A DNA stretch of 64,000 nucleotides from Eledone cirrhosa (Eukaryota). Position numbers and translations under genes: made by a program. Below, in pieces: positions 1 through 11,429 of this stretch (positions are counted from its first letter, which is position 1; the number at the start of each line of letters is the position of its first letter). The notes below the pieces were generated by a model that did not search any database, was not told the origin of the DNA, and saw only the letters and a program-made list of their open reading frames with translations. The stretch is taken from NCBI GenBank assembly GCA_964016885.1, contig OZ024742.1:12958001-13022000 (forward strand), read 5' to 3'.

Positions 1-1090
1 AGAGGATGAATTAAAAGGAATCCCTCTTGAGACTATATTCCAAGCCGTCGAATATCTAACGTTATCTAGCTTAAGTTGCCAGAGTACGCCTGATAGTGCC
101 GTTGAAGATTTTTTACTTGGATCTGTGAAATAATTCTTGTGGTTATTATAGCGAAGTTTAAATTCCGTCGATGTGGAACCGACGTAGTTAAAAGAATTAG
201 AGTCAGTATTAACATTACAATTGTATACTATATTTTTAACTAAGCAGTTGTTATTTAACGGACATTTAGATCTATCTCTACAGTTACATTTGTTAACTTG
301 TATATTATTTATGCTATTATCAGTAGGTTTTAAGTTCCTATTATTTATTCTATTAATATTTTGTGCTAAATTTTTGGTGGATGAGTAGGTTAATTTAATT
401 GTATGCCTATTGAAAATTGAGTGATACCTATGTGTTCTAGGGAAGCGATTATCAAGAGCTTTGAAAAATAATTTAGCGATGTGGGTTTTAATGTTTAGTG
501 AGAAAGGGGGGCAAACCAAATTATGTTCCTAGTTCTATTTCTTTTTTGTCCTTTGGAATTATTGTAATGCTTTCTATTATAGTTGTTAATGTTGTTGCCG
601 TAATTAAAAAAGTTGTTACTTTGTTTAGTTTGTCTATCATTATCTATGTACACAATCTTATCAGCATATCCTGCCCTAGCTAGTGCTTCATTATAGTATT
701 GGGCCTTTTCGTCGAAAATCTTTCTATTCGACGAGATCCTAGAGATACGTTTTTGAACTGAGTTTACTATAGTGTTTTTGCCAGATCTGGGGTGGTTAGA
801 GTTAAAGTTGACATAGTTTAAGTTTTCATTCAACTTGTGAAAAGGATAGTGGAGACATGTGTTGAGATTTAATGTTATATCTAGGAAATTGACTATTCTA
901 TGGTTGTTCTCAATTTCTATTTTAAGGTTAAAGTAATTAAAAATTTTTGTAATTTGTTTACATTTTCTATTTAGTTCAGGGTTATTATTATTAATAAGTA
1001 AAAGCATGTCATCCCTATATAAACCTCCGGTAGTACCAGGTATTTTCCTATGTAGCGAATTGATTAAAAATAAGCCCACAAGGTCAGTTA
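1..1090 (-). pseudogene. Penelope-like element fragment (YRDD-type RT C-terminus plus GIY-YIG endonuclease), frameshifted, runs off window start
   Basis: ORF 495..1079 has GGLYRDD, VNFLDITLNL and SNHP. Downstream minus-strand frames give CNCRDRSKCPLNNNC and VYNC...YVGSTSTEFKLRYNNH. Confidence 0.9.
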
Positions 1091-1357
1091 CCTCTCTCTC
1101 TATATATATATATATCTTTCTGTTTCTTTACATGAAGTTCTTCGCTTTATCTATCTTTCCATCTCTCTATTTTGTTCCATGCATTTCCTCTTTCTCTTCT
1201 TTTTCTTCCTTTTCTTCGTTTTCTGTCTTTCTTTCTGGTTTCTCTCTTTCTTTCTCTCTGTGTAAAATTTTTTCGCTGCCAGCTTAAACCTCTTCAAATG
1301 AAGTCGGTGTTATAACGGTATGTCGAATCTATTTATCTATAAAACTGTTTATATTGT

Positions 1358-1421
1358 ATTTTGTCTGATGAAGGCATAGCATATTGTTAATATGATATCC
1401 CCGAAATATATATAATGAAAT
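1358..1421 (+). ncRNA. Type-I hammerhead ribozyme in a solo pLTR fragment (about 1290-1465)
   Basis: attttgt-CTGATGA(1365)...cGAAA-tatata-TA-atgaaat; same family as 22403-22810. Confidence 0.65.
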
Positions 1422-1460
1422 AAATATGGTTTTATAAATATAGTTTTCCATTTATTTAAT

Positions 1461-1516
<56 letters not shown>

Positions 1517-1666
1517 AACATAAATTATCGAGATTCGCATTTCGGTCCACGAAATAACGAAAAACAACCTCCGAGATGTGTGGCAAGTGCTCAATGATTA
1601 GGATGAACCAGAGCTATAACAAACCTTAAAGGCCAAACACACTGAGACGATGGTTAAACAATCATT

Positions 1667-1722
<56 letters not shown>

Positions 1723-1781
1723 TATACATATATATACATATATATATATACATATATACATATACATATATATATATATAT

Positions 1782-2150
<369 letters not shown>

Positions 2151-2195
2151 GCGAAACATAATAAGTCAATTGCATGAACTCATAATCCTTTATTT

Positions 2196-2257
2196 ACTGC
2201 TATATATATATATATTTCGATGATAGTCATTGAATGGCTATGACCTCATCAGGCAGT
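2196..2257 (-). ncRNA. Type-I hammerhead ribozyme
   Basis: Reverse complement: actgc-CTGATGA-ggtcatagccattcaatgactatcatc-GAAA-(ta)n-TA-gcagt; related to the pLTR at 22966/26665. Confidence 0.8.
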
Positions 2258-2320
2258 TAGTCAGTTCTTAGATATGTCACCTCTGTGTTTATAGTGTTGA
2301 TGGTATCAGCGCTTTGGGAC

Positions 2321-2394
<74 letters not shown>

Positions 2395-2530
2395 AGTGTA
2401 ATTTTCTACACAAAACGAAGGTTATAGCGAAAATTGAGGTTGGTAATGGCACATGGAATATATAAGAGACAGAATACTTTTTTGTGAAAAACATATAATT
2501 TTATAAGGTAAGGAAATAATAAAGGGTATA

Positions 2531-2580
2531 AAAAATGACCGGTTTCGATGGGTCTGCAAAAGCCATCTTTTCAAATGTTG
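2531..2580 (-). ncRNA. Hammerhead ribozyme, U3-A8 core variant (3' pLTR copy)
   Basis: Reverse complement of 7042-7090. Confidence 0.7.
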
Positions 2581-2941
2581 ATTAATATTAAGAAAAATTA
2601 ATAATAAGAAGAGTTAAAATTTGAGATTTGAAAATTCAAGTATAAAATTCATTGTGGGATTTCATAGTTGTTTTCATCTTGGTAGCAGCAAGTTGACTTC
2701 TGTGTGACTTTCTGGTAGTGAATGAGGAGTTATTTGGGGGTGTGGGTTATTTTATAAAGGTCAGATTTAGCAATGGCCAGATGGCCAGCTGCTGGTCAGT
2801 GAGGGGGTGGAAGCAATATACATACATATATCTCCCTGTGGTCGGTAGGAGAGGGGAGAGTGATAGAAAGGGATTTAGTGCACTTACACCTATATATACA
2901 CACATACCTTCATCCACACATACATACATATACATATACAT

Positions 2942-2982
<41 letters not shown>

Positions 2983-2983
<1 letters not shown>

Positions 2984-3389
2984 GGTGACTGCCAACTCGT
3001 TCTCGAGTACGGCCACTACTTTATATCCATGTAGGAGAACCCCTACCGATGCACTGAACAAGTGTGACTTTTTAGTCCAGCCAGCGACTTGAAAACTCTG
3101 GTACAAACACTACACTTGTGACAATTATTGACACAGTGCTGGGCCCATGGTACCATGTGACGACAAGTGCAGAGAGATCTCCAGATATAAAGCAATGCCT
3201 GTGCCGTGAAGCTTTTATAGTGAGCAAAGGCACTGCACAAAGCCAGTCCCACTCTCTTAACCAAGATGATATTTACCAAAAAGAAGAACAAGTCAACATC
3301 ATTGGATACCATCAGGGTTGCGGGTGTTATATCAGAGTTTTCCTTCTCCTAGAATTCTGCCTTGACAAAGGCTAAGGGGTCATCTCTCC

Positions 3390-3392
<3 letters not shown>
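2983..3392 (-). mobile_element. 5'-truncated copy of the ~608-bp RTE-derived non-autonomous element
   Basis: Near-identical to the 3' part of 42985-43592; absent from the mirrored PLE arm. Confidence 0.85.
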
Positions 3393-3425
<33 letters not shown>

Positions 3426-3508
3426 TCTCCCGGATATATATATATACATACATATACACACATACACATATACACATATATATATACACATACATACATA
3501 TAGATATA

Positions 3509-3610
3509 TGGAGGCACATGGCTTAGTGGTTAGAGCATTGTCCTTACAATCGAAAAGTGAGTTCAATTCTCAGACCGGGTGATGTGCTGTTTCCCTGAGC
3601 AAGACACCCT
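3509..3610 (+). mobile_element. tRNA-derived SINE head
   Basis: A box TGGCTTAGTGG, B box-like GAGTTCAATTC, then CCCTGAGCAAGACAC; related to 27324 and 40184. Confidence 0.7.
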
Positions 3611-3748
3611 ACATATACATATACACACATACATACACACATACATATACATACACACATACACACACACATATATACACATACACACACATATATATAT
3701 ACACACACATATATATACATACACATACATCCAGATACACACATGCAT

Positions 3749-3780
<32 letters not shown>

Positions 3781-4461
3781 GTGTACATACACATATATAC
3801 ACACATATATCCATACACATATATATATATATACACACACACCCACACATACATACACACACACACATATATATACATACACACATACAAACACACACAC
3901 ACACACATATATATATACACATACACACACATATATACACACACACACACATATATGTACACATACGCATACATCCAGATACACACATACATACACACAC
4001 ACACACACACACGCACACACAATACATACATCCACATGCACACACATACACACACACACGCACACATATACATACATACACCCACACACATAGAGAAATG
4101 GCCTCCAAATATATATATATACATACATACACATATTTTTTCCATAATATAAGAAGTTAGGACAGTGAAATTAAAATACAAGTCATTCTGATCACATTGA
4201 GTTCTTCATGTAGATTGGGCTCCGCAACCGACAGTGGTGAATTCTGTGTGCGCATATATATATATAGATATATGTGTATGCACGTGCAGGGTTTAACATG
4301 GATGTGTTGGTCACACAAAGGCATGGTCTGTCAACGAATAAACCTGATTCTACAGAATTGGTCTCTGGTCTTTAATAGTAGTGATAATTATATACATGCA
4401 CACATACAAACACATATATCTGTCACTCCGTGCGTATATGAGTTTATATTTTATGACAATT

Positions 4462-6216
4462 CTATTGGGGTGATAACCCGTTTAGTTTTGGTTTAAATTT
4501 GTTAAGGAATAGATTTTCTTTGTTTATTCTTTGTTGCTGTGTGAACGAATATGAGCACTTGTAGAAGGGGAAGATTTTAAAGTTGGGTAGTGTCATTCCT
4601 GCGCAGTTCGCAATATGGCTGCTCAAGGGGATTTTTCTTGTGTTAGCGTCCCGGATTTGTTGGAGGTGGATGGTCATTCTTTTGCGTAATGTGGAGCCCG
4701 TCTGTCCTATGTAGTTGTGTTTGCACCCACTGCAAGTTATTGCGTAAATCAAGTTCTCCGAGTTGCAGGTGAAATTGTTTTTTACTGTAAATGTTTGGCC
4801 ATCTTTAAATGTAAATTTTTGTCCTTCAGTGAGGTAGAGACACGTTCCACAGTTTGTTCTACCACATTTGGTAACTGTAGGGTTGAGGATTGGTTTGGGT
4901 ATATTTGGTCCAGTGAGAATGCGTTTTAGTGATTTGGGTTGTCTTTTACTTTGAAGGATCTTGTGTGTTTCAAGAATAGACTTCATTTTTACATCTTTAA
5001 GTAGGATGGGGAGATTTTTGTGTAGGTGATCAAACATTTCGGTATTTCTGGGGTTGAAAGTGGATACATATGGCAGGGTGTTGAGTGTGGTTTTCTGTTT
5101 TTGATTGTTAAGTTGATGGGGATTTAGGTGTTTTGCCCTGTATATTCCATTGTTGATTATTTCAAGTGGAAAGGCTCTTAAGATAAGGGTGTCTCTTAGT
5201 TCCTTTAGTCTTTGCTCCCGTTTAGGTGGATCTGATACTATGGTACATATACGTTTGGCCAAATTGTAAGGAATGTTAAGTTTTGTATGTTTTGGGTGAC
5301 TTGATGTGAAAAAGAGGTATTGCTTGGAATCTGTGGGTTTATAGAATATATTTGTATCTAATTTCCCGTCTATTACAGAGATGAGAATATCCAAGAAGGC
5401 TAATTCCTTGGGATTGGATTCCATTGTGAATTGTATGTTATTATCTATGTTGTTTATCATGTTTTTAAACATAGTAAGTGAGTTCATGTCTTCTTGCCAT
5501 AGGATAAAGCAGTCGTCTAGATATCTTTTCCAATTGGCTTTGAGGTGTGTGTGAAAAGAGTCTCCAAATAAGAGAAGGGACTGACTGTATATTTGTTGTT
5601 CATGGAATCCCATGACTAGGTTGGCATATGTGGGTGCTACTTTCGTGCCCATTGCCGTACCTGATACTTGTCTGTATGTTGAACCATTGAATGTGAAGTA
5701 GTTATTTTGTAGGATAAAGCGGAGTCCGTCAGTGATAAAATCTTTCTTGATGCGTGTCGATATTTCTGATGGGTGTGTGTTAAGCCAGTATTGGACTGCT
5801 GTTATTCCATAGTTGTGGGGTATGTTTGTGTAGAGGTTTATTACGTCAAAGGAGACAAGAATTGTATTTGCACTTACCGTTTTAGGGAGGTGTTTCAGCA
5901 TGTCAAGGTCATCTCGTATGTAGCTCTGTATATGTTGTAGAAAGGGTTTCAGTAGGATGTCCAGAAAGTTGCTAAGTCTGTGGGTTTCACATGTAGGGCC
6001 TGCTATAATTGGCCTGAGTTTTAGGTCTTCTGGTGGTGTTAGTTCAATGTAATTGTTGGTTGAGGTGTCACATGCATTGCTTATGGGTTTACATTTGTGG
6101 AGTTTCGGTAAGCCGTAAAAAGAGCTTGTATTGCATTTGAAGTGGCTTATATAGTTAAACTCTTTTGTGGTTAAGCTGTTGCGGTATTTATTCAGTAAGG
6201 TCAAAAGGTTCCCCAT
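4462..6216 (-). CDS. PLE reverse transcriptase plus GIY-YIG endonuclease (584 aa, N-terminally truncated)
   Basis: FYGLPKLHK, LRPII, VSFDVINLYTNIP, GTAMGTKVAPTYANL, RYLDD, LAFLDI, SSHP, CGRTNCGTC, NLIYAITCSGC..YIGQT...RMTIH. Confidence 0.93.
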   Translation of the reverse strand: MGNLLTLLNKYRNSLTTKEFNYISHFKCNTSSFYGLPKLHKCKPISNACDTSTNNYIELTPPEDLKLRPIIAGPTCETHRLSNFLDILLKPFLQHIQSYIRDDLDMLKHLPKTVSANTILVSFDVINLYTNIPHNYGITAVQYWLNTHPSEISTRIKKDFITDGLRFILQNNYFTFNGSTYRQVSGTAMGTKVAPTYANLVMGFHEQQIYSQSLLLFGDSFHTHLKANWKRYLDDCFILWQEDMNSLTMFKNMINNIDNNIQFTMESNPKELAFLDILISVIDGKLDTNIFYKPTDSKQYLFFTSSHPKHTKLNIPYNLAKRICTIVSDPPKREQRLKELRDTLILRAFPLEIINNGIYRAKHLNPHQLNNQKQKTTLNTLPYVSTFNPRNTEMFDHLHKNLPILLKDVKMKSILETHKILQSKRQPKSLKRILTGPNIPKPILNPTVTKCGRTNCGTCLYLTEGQKFTFKDGQTFTVKNNFTCNSENLIYAITCSGCKHNYIGQTGSTLRKRMTIHLQQIRDANTRKIPLSSHIANCAGMTLPNFKIFPFYKCSYSFTQQQRINKENLFLNKFKPKLNGLSPQ

Positions 6217-6603
6217 TGTTTTGGTGTGTTTGTAGTTTCCTGTTTTTCATAGTATGTGTTGTTTTCTAAAATGTTAAGTGCGAGGGTCCTATAGTAGTCC
6301 GTATTCATAATGACAACAGTACCGGCTTCTTTGATAGTTATCTCAGGGTTGTTTCTAAGTGTGAATAATTCTTCCCATTCGTGTGTAGATAGGTTTGATT
6401 ATATGTGTATGTATATGTGTGTATATATGTGTATGTACACATATATATATATATATATGTGTGTGTTTGTGTGTGTGTGTATGTATGTGTATCTGGATGT
6501 ATGTGTATGTATATATATGTGTGTGTATATATATATGTGTGTGTATGTGTATATATGTGTGTGTGTATGTGTGTATGTATATGTATGTGTGTATGTATGT
6601 GTG

Positions 6604-6680
<77 letters not shown>

Positions 6681-7041
6681 ATGTATATGTATATGTATGT
6701 AGGTGTGGATGAAGGTATGTGTGTATATATAGGTGTAAGGGCACTAAATCCCTTTCTATCACTCTCCCCTCTCCTACCAACCACAGGGAGATATATGTAT
6801 GTATATTGCTTCCACCCCCTCACTGACCAGCAGCTGGCCATCTGGCCATTGCTAAATCTGACCTTTATAAAATAACCCACACCCCCAAATAACTCCTCAT
6901 TCACTACCAGAAAGTCACACAGCAGTCAACTTGCTGCTACCAAGATGAAAAGTACTATGAAATCCCACAATGAATTTTATACTTGAATTTTCAAATCTCA
7001 AATTTTAACTCCTCTTATTATTAATTTTTCTTAATATTAAT

Positions 7042-7090
7042 CAACATTTGAAAAGATGGCTTTTGCAGACCCATCGAAACCGGTCATTTT
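7042..7090 (+). ncRNA. Hammerhead ribozyme, U3-A8 core variant (inverted pLTR copy)
   Basis: caacat-TTGAAAA(7048)-gatgg..ccatc-GAAA-ccgg-TC-atttt. Confidence 0.7.
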
Positions 7091-7251
7091 TTATACCCTT
7101 TATTATTTCCTTACCTTATAAAATTATATGTTTTTTCACAAAAAAGTATTCTGTCTCTTATATATTCCATGTGCCATTACCAACCTCAATTTTCTCTCTA
7201 TATATATATATACATATATATATATATACATATATATATACATATACATAT

Positions 7252-7285
<34 letters not shown>

Positions 7286-7307
7286 ATATATATATACATA
7301 TATATAC

Positions 7308-7432
<125 letters not shown>

Positions 7433-7477
7433 CATATATGTTTATATATATATCTATATATATATATATATATATAT

Positions 7478-7603
7478 ATTCGGCTAATTATTACCACGCT
7501 AAAAATTCTAATTTAGTCAAGAAGTAGCCGTCGAAACTACGTTACATATTGAGTACTCTGGTGCGTTATGGTCCATCTAATTCCTTACCACACCTCCTTC
7601 GTC

Positions 7604-7604
<1 letters not shown>
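7478..7604 (+). mobile_element. Deleted family A copy
   Basis: tagccgtcgaaac joined to attgagtactctggtgcgttatggtcc. Confidence 0.75.
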
Positions 7605-7688
<84 letters not shown>

Positions 7689-7758
7689 CATTTTATTACA
7701 GCTAAATACTGAGTTTGTTACTCTGGGGTTTCGCCTGTTTACCAAAGGGTCATCACAC

Positions 7759-7839
<81 letters not shown>

Positions 7840-8125
7840 TGTGCAGATTCTCGAGTTGTATTATTATACAGAGAGAAATGATTTCTACAAGACTAGCACT
7901 GTTTCATTCGTATGAAATCAACAGGCAATCCGTTGATTACCACGACATATGTTCCAGTTGATAAGAACAACGGAACACCCTGCTCGTAAAATTGACCTGC
8001 CAGTGGCTAAGCATTCCACAGACACGCGTACCCTTTGAGTAGTTCTCAGGGAGATGTAGTGCGACAAGGCAGGTTAAACATGTTTGTCAGTTGAATGGAC
8101 TGGAACAACGTAAGATAAAGTGTCT

Positions 8126-8773
<648 letters not shown>

Positions 8774-8779
<6 letters not shown>

Positions 8780-8950
8780 TTGGGGAGGGTGATATTGTTG
8801 TAATAATATTGCCAGAATTAATAACACAAAGAGTGAGTGTGTTCTGTTATTAATTCTGGCAATATTATTACAACAATATGACCCTCCCCAAGTATAACAA
8901 TATTTGTTTCGACACACGATTTCATATCAAAAACGTCGCAAAACAAATAT
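8774..8950. repeat. Fold-back (about 50-bp arms) with one-sided tail, in (TA)n
   Basis: acttggggagggt..ttaataaca / tgttattaa..accctccccaagt; terminus resembles the HHR element at 63628. Confidence 0.8.
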
Positions 8951-9474
8951 ATATATATATAAATATGGTGAAGTTGTGTCTGAAGACTGTACCCCCATGA
9001 CCCTCACAGGAATAACTGGACGAAAGAAGAAGAAAAATAATGATTTATCGAATATTCTTCGCCCAACAGGAACATAAAACCTTTCTCGTTCCTAAATTAT
9101 ACATATTTATATTTCTGTTCCATTAGCTACCCTACCCACCCTTATGTACGTATCAATATGATATACAACGGGCTTCCGTGCGTTTTCCTTTTAGCAAATT
9201 CCTCTCCTCGCTATGGTAGATGACAATCGCCGTACTTCTCCCAAAATATAATCCAGCTCGCTATTATGTAGTTGGGAAACTACCGCCTTAATCACACAGA
9301 TATTCCTATATGTATGGCATGGTAGGGGTGCCATATTGACATACGGCGTTTCTCGGGCAATTTTAGACCTGGTGGAACCCATCTCCCGTCCAAGTCTGAA
9401 TACAACAGATTTCTTCCAGCGAAGGATAGATAGAGAGTGCGATAATGATAGTGAGAAAGAGATATAGAGGAAGA

Positions 9475-9622
9475 ATCGACCCTAGTACTAAACTGGTACT
9501 TGAGCTTGCATGGATGAAAAGCAAAGTTGACCTCGGCGGGATTTGAACTGAGAGAGTAGAAAGCCGAATTAAACACCACAAAGCATTCTATCTGACATTC
9601 TATCTGACTCTGTCATCGCCTT
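9475..9622 (-). mobile_element. tRNA-derived SINE (Meta/MESC-like core), diverged
   Basis: Reverse complement: GTTCAAATCCCGCCGAGGTCAACTTTGCTTTTCATCC..AGTACCAG. Confidence 0.75.
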
Positions 9623-9854
9623 GGATTTACCTAAACAGTATTTTAATCATTCAACAAAGGCAGTTAATTGTATTGCGGATATAGAATATTAAATTTATAA
9701 ATTATTATGTTCTTTCTCCATCTATCAGCAGATTGCTAATGGTGTATTTTGGTGTGTCTCTTTCGTTGGTGAATACATGTAAACTACACACAGACACACA
9801 CGTACGCAACTGTATGTATGTTTAGATGCATGTATATATATATATATATATATA

Positions 9855-10197
9855 TTTGAAAAAAAGGAAAAGAATGACTTCACTTGTAGTGTTAAAAAAA
9901 ACCCACACACCACACCCCAGACACATCCAAATCTCTCTTATATATAGTTACACATTTCAACACGACCTGATCTCAGTTTGACTATCGCCACCGACGAATG
10001 CAAGAAAGTTCTCCAACCCAAGTTAACCAGGAATCTCTAAAATTCTTCCCACCGAAGTTAACAAAGAACTTACTAGATCTACCAACTCCTAATATTATAA
10101 TATAATATTAAATCAAACATTTTTTAACACTACAAGTGAAATCATTCTTTTCCTTTTTTTCAAATATACCCAACTGTACCAAGGGTGTCACACATTT

Positions 10198-10203
<6 letters not shown>
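9855..10203. repeat. Fold-back with ~45-bp arms, unique spacer and tail
   Basis: 9855-9900 inverts 10120-10166; (TA)n flanks. Confidence 0.7.
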
Positions 10204-10238
<35 letters not shown>

Positions 10239-10239
<1 letters not shown>

Positions 10240-10545
10240 GTGTGTATAATGGTAGCTATGGTTCTTCCATGGGCGGTATGGCAAAATTAGCACTCAATAT
10301 TCTTACAGAGCAGAGTGTGAATAGTATAAAAAAACGAAAAATCAGTGATGCATCTGGACTCAGTTTATTGCGTGTTACAATTGTTTCGCCGGCAGGTAGC
10401 TAGAGACATGATCACTGATCGCTGTTATCAGAATCAGCCAGATCCATACAGTGATCATGTCTCGAGCTACCTGCCGGCGAAACAATTGTAACACGCAATA
10501 AACTGAGTCCAGATGCATCACTGATTTTTCGTTTTTTTATACTAT
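10239..10545. mobile_element. Fold-back (about 97-bp arms) with HHR 3' half
   Basis: 10321-10417 inverts 10449-10545; GAAA-caattg-TA at 10479; about 80-nt tail on the left. Confidence 0.8.
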
Positions 10546-10757
10546 ATATATGTATATATATATATAATATTTTCCTGAAACAGTTTTCTCGTTGCTTTGG
10601 TGCCTGCGGCTGGCTTACCGGTCGCTATCTTCAATTTTCAAAGTTGTTTAAACGTAATGTTATTACTCTAAATACCTTATTGAGTTCTTAGTTGCACATT
10701 CCGATTGCATTCGTTAGCTTAGCTGCAGCCAGAGCTTCAATTATGCTGTACTTCCAT

Positions 10758-10817
<60 letters not shown>

Positions 10818-10822
<5 letters not shown>

Positions 10823-11377
10823 GATAGACATAGAATATTCGAAAATATTCTGTATGTTTATAATAAACATTTTGAAGACCTAATCGCTATAGAATAGAAT
10901 ACGTCACGTATTACAATTAGATTCTCGATAAAAGCAAGGGAAGTAACCTACGTGACGTATTCTATTCTATAGCGATTAGGTCTTCAAAATGTTTATTATA
11001 AACATACAGAATATTTTCGAATATTCTATGTCTATATTCACATATATATCGCTATTTCAGAGCATTTAATCCAATTTCTAATTTCTGCCGGACCGGCAAC
11101 CGCTCTTTCAAACCAGTTCCGTTACACAGCTAAGTATTCTATAAGTCTCTAGCTGTGTCATTCTCGATAAAAGCACTGGATATGTAATCCTGAAGATTTC
11201 TAATAAGAATGAAACGCGTAGGTTACTTCCCTTGCTTTTATCGAGAATCTAATTGTAATACGTGACGTATTCTATTCTATAGCGATTAGGTCTTCAAAAT
11301 GTTTATTATAAACATACAGAATATTTTCGAATATTCTATGTCTATCTTCACATATATATCGCTATTTCAGAGCATTT

Positions 11378-11385
<8 letters not shown>
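10818..11385. mobile_element. Retrozyme-like element: 310-nt tandem unit plus inverted arm
   Basis: tacgtgacgtattc at 10949 and 11259; 10818-10952 inverts 11217-11350. Confidence 0.85.
11186..11224 (+). ncRNA. Minimal type-I hammerhead ribozyme
   Basis: aatc-CTGAAGA(11190)-tttc..gaat-GAAA-cgcg-TA-ggtt. Confidence 0.8.

Positions 11386-11425
<40 letters not shown>

Positions 11426-11429
<4 letters not shown>

Larger units (their letters stand above)
2391..7194 (-). mobile_element. 5'-truncated Penelope-like element (Neptune-like) with 3' pLTR and inverted 5' pLTR copy
   Basis: RT-GIY ORF. 2429-about 2980 plus about 3610-3820 is the reverse complement of about 6398-7194. A 38-nt tail (2391-2428) is on the left arm only. 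(TA)n flanks both sides. Confidence 0.9.

Noticed and set aside
8975-9030. CTGAAGA...GAAA as a hammerhead
   Set aside because: No convincing stems I or III and no UH site.
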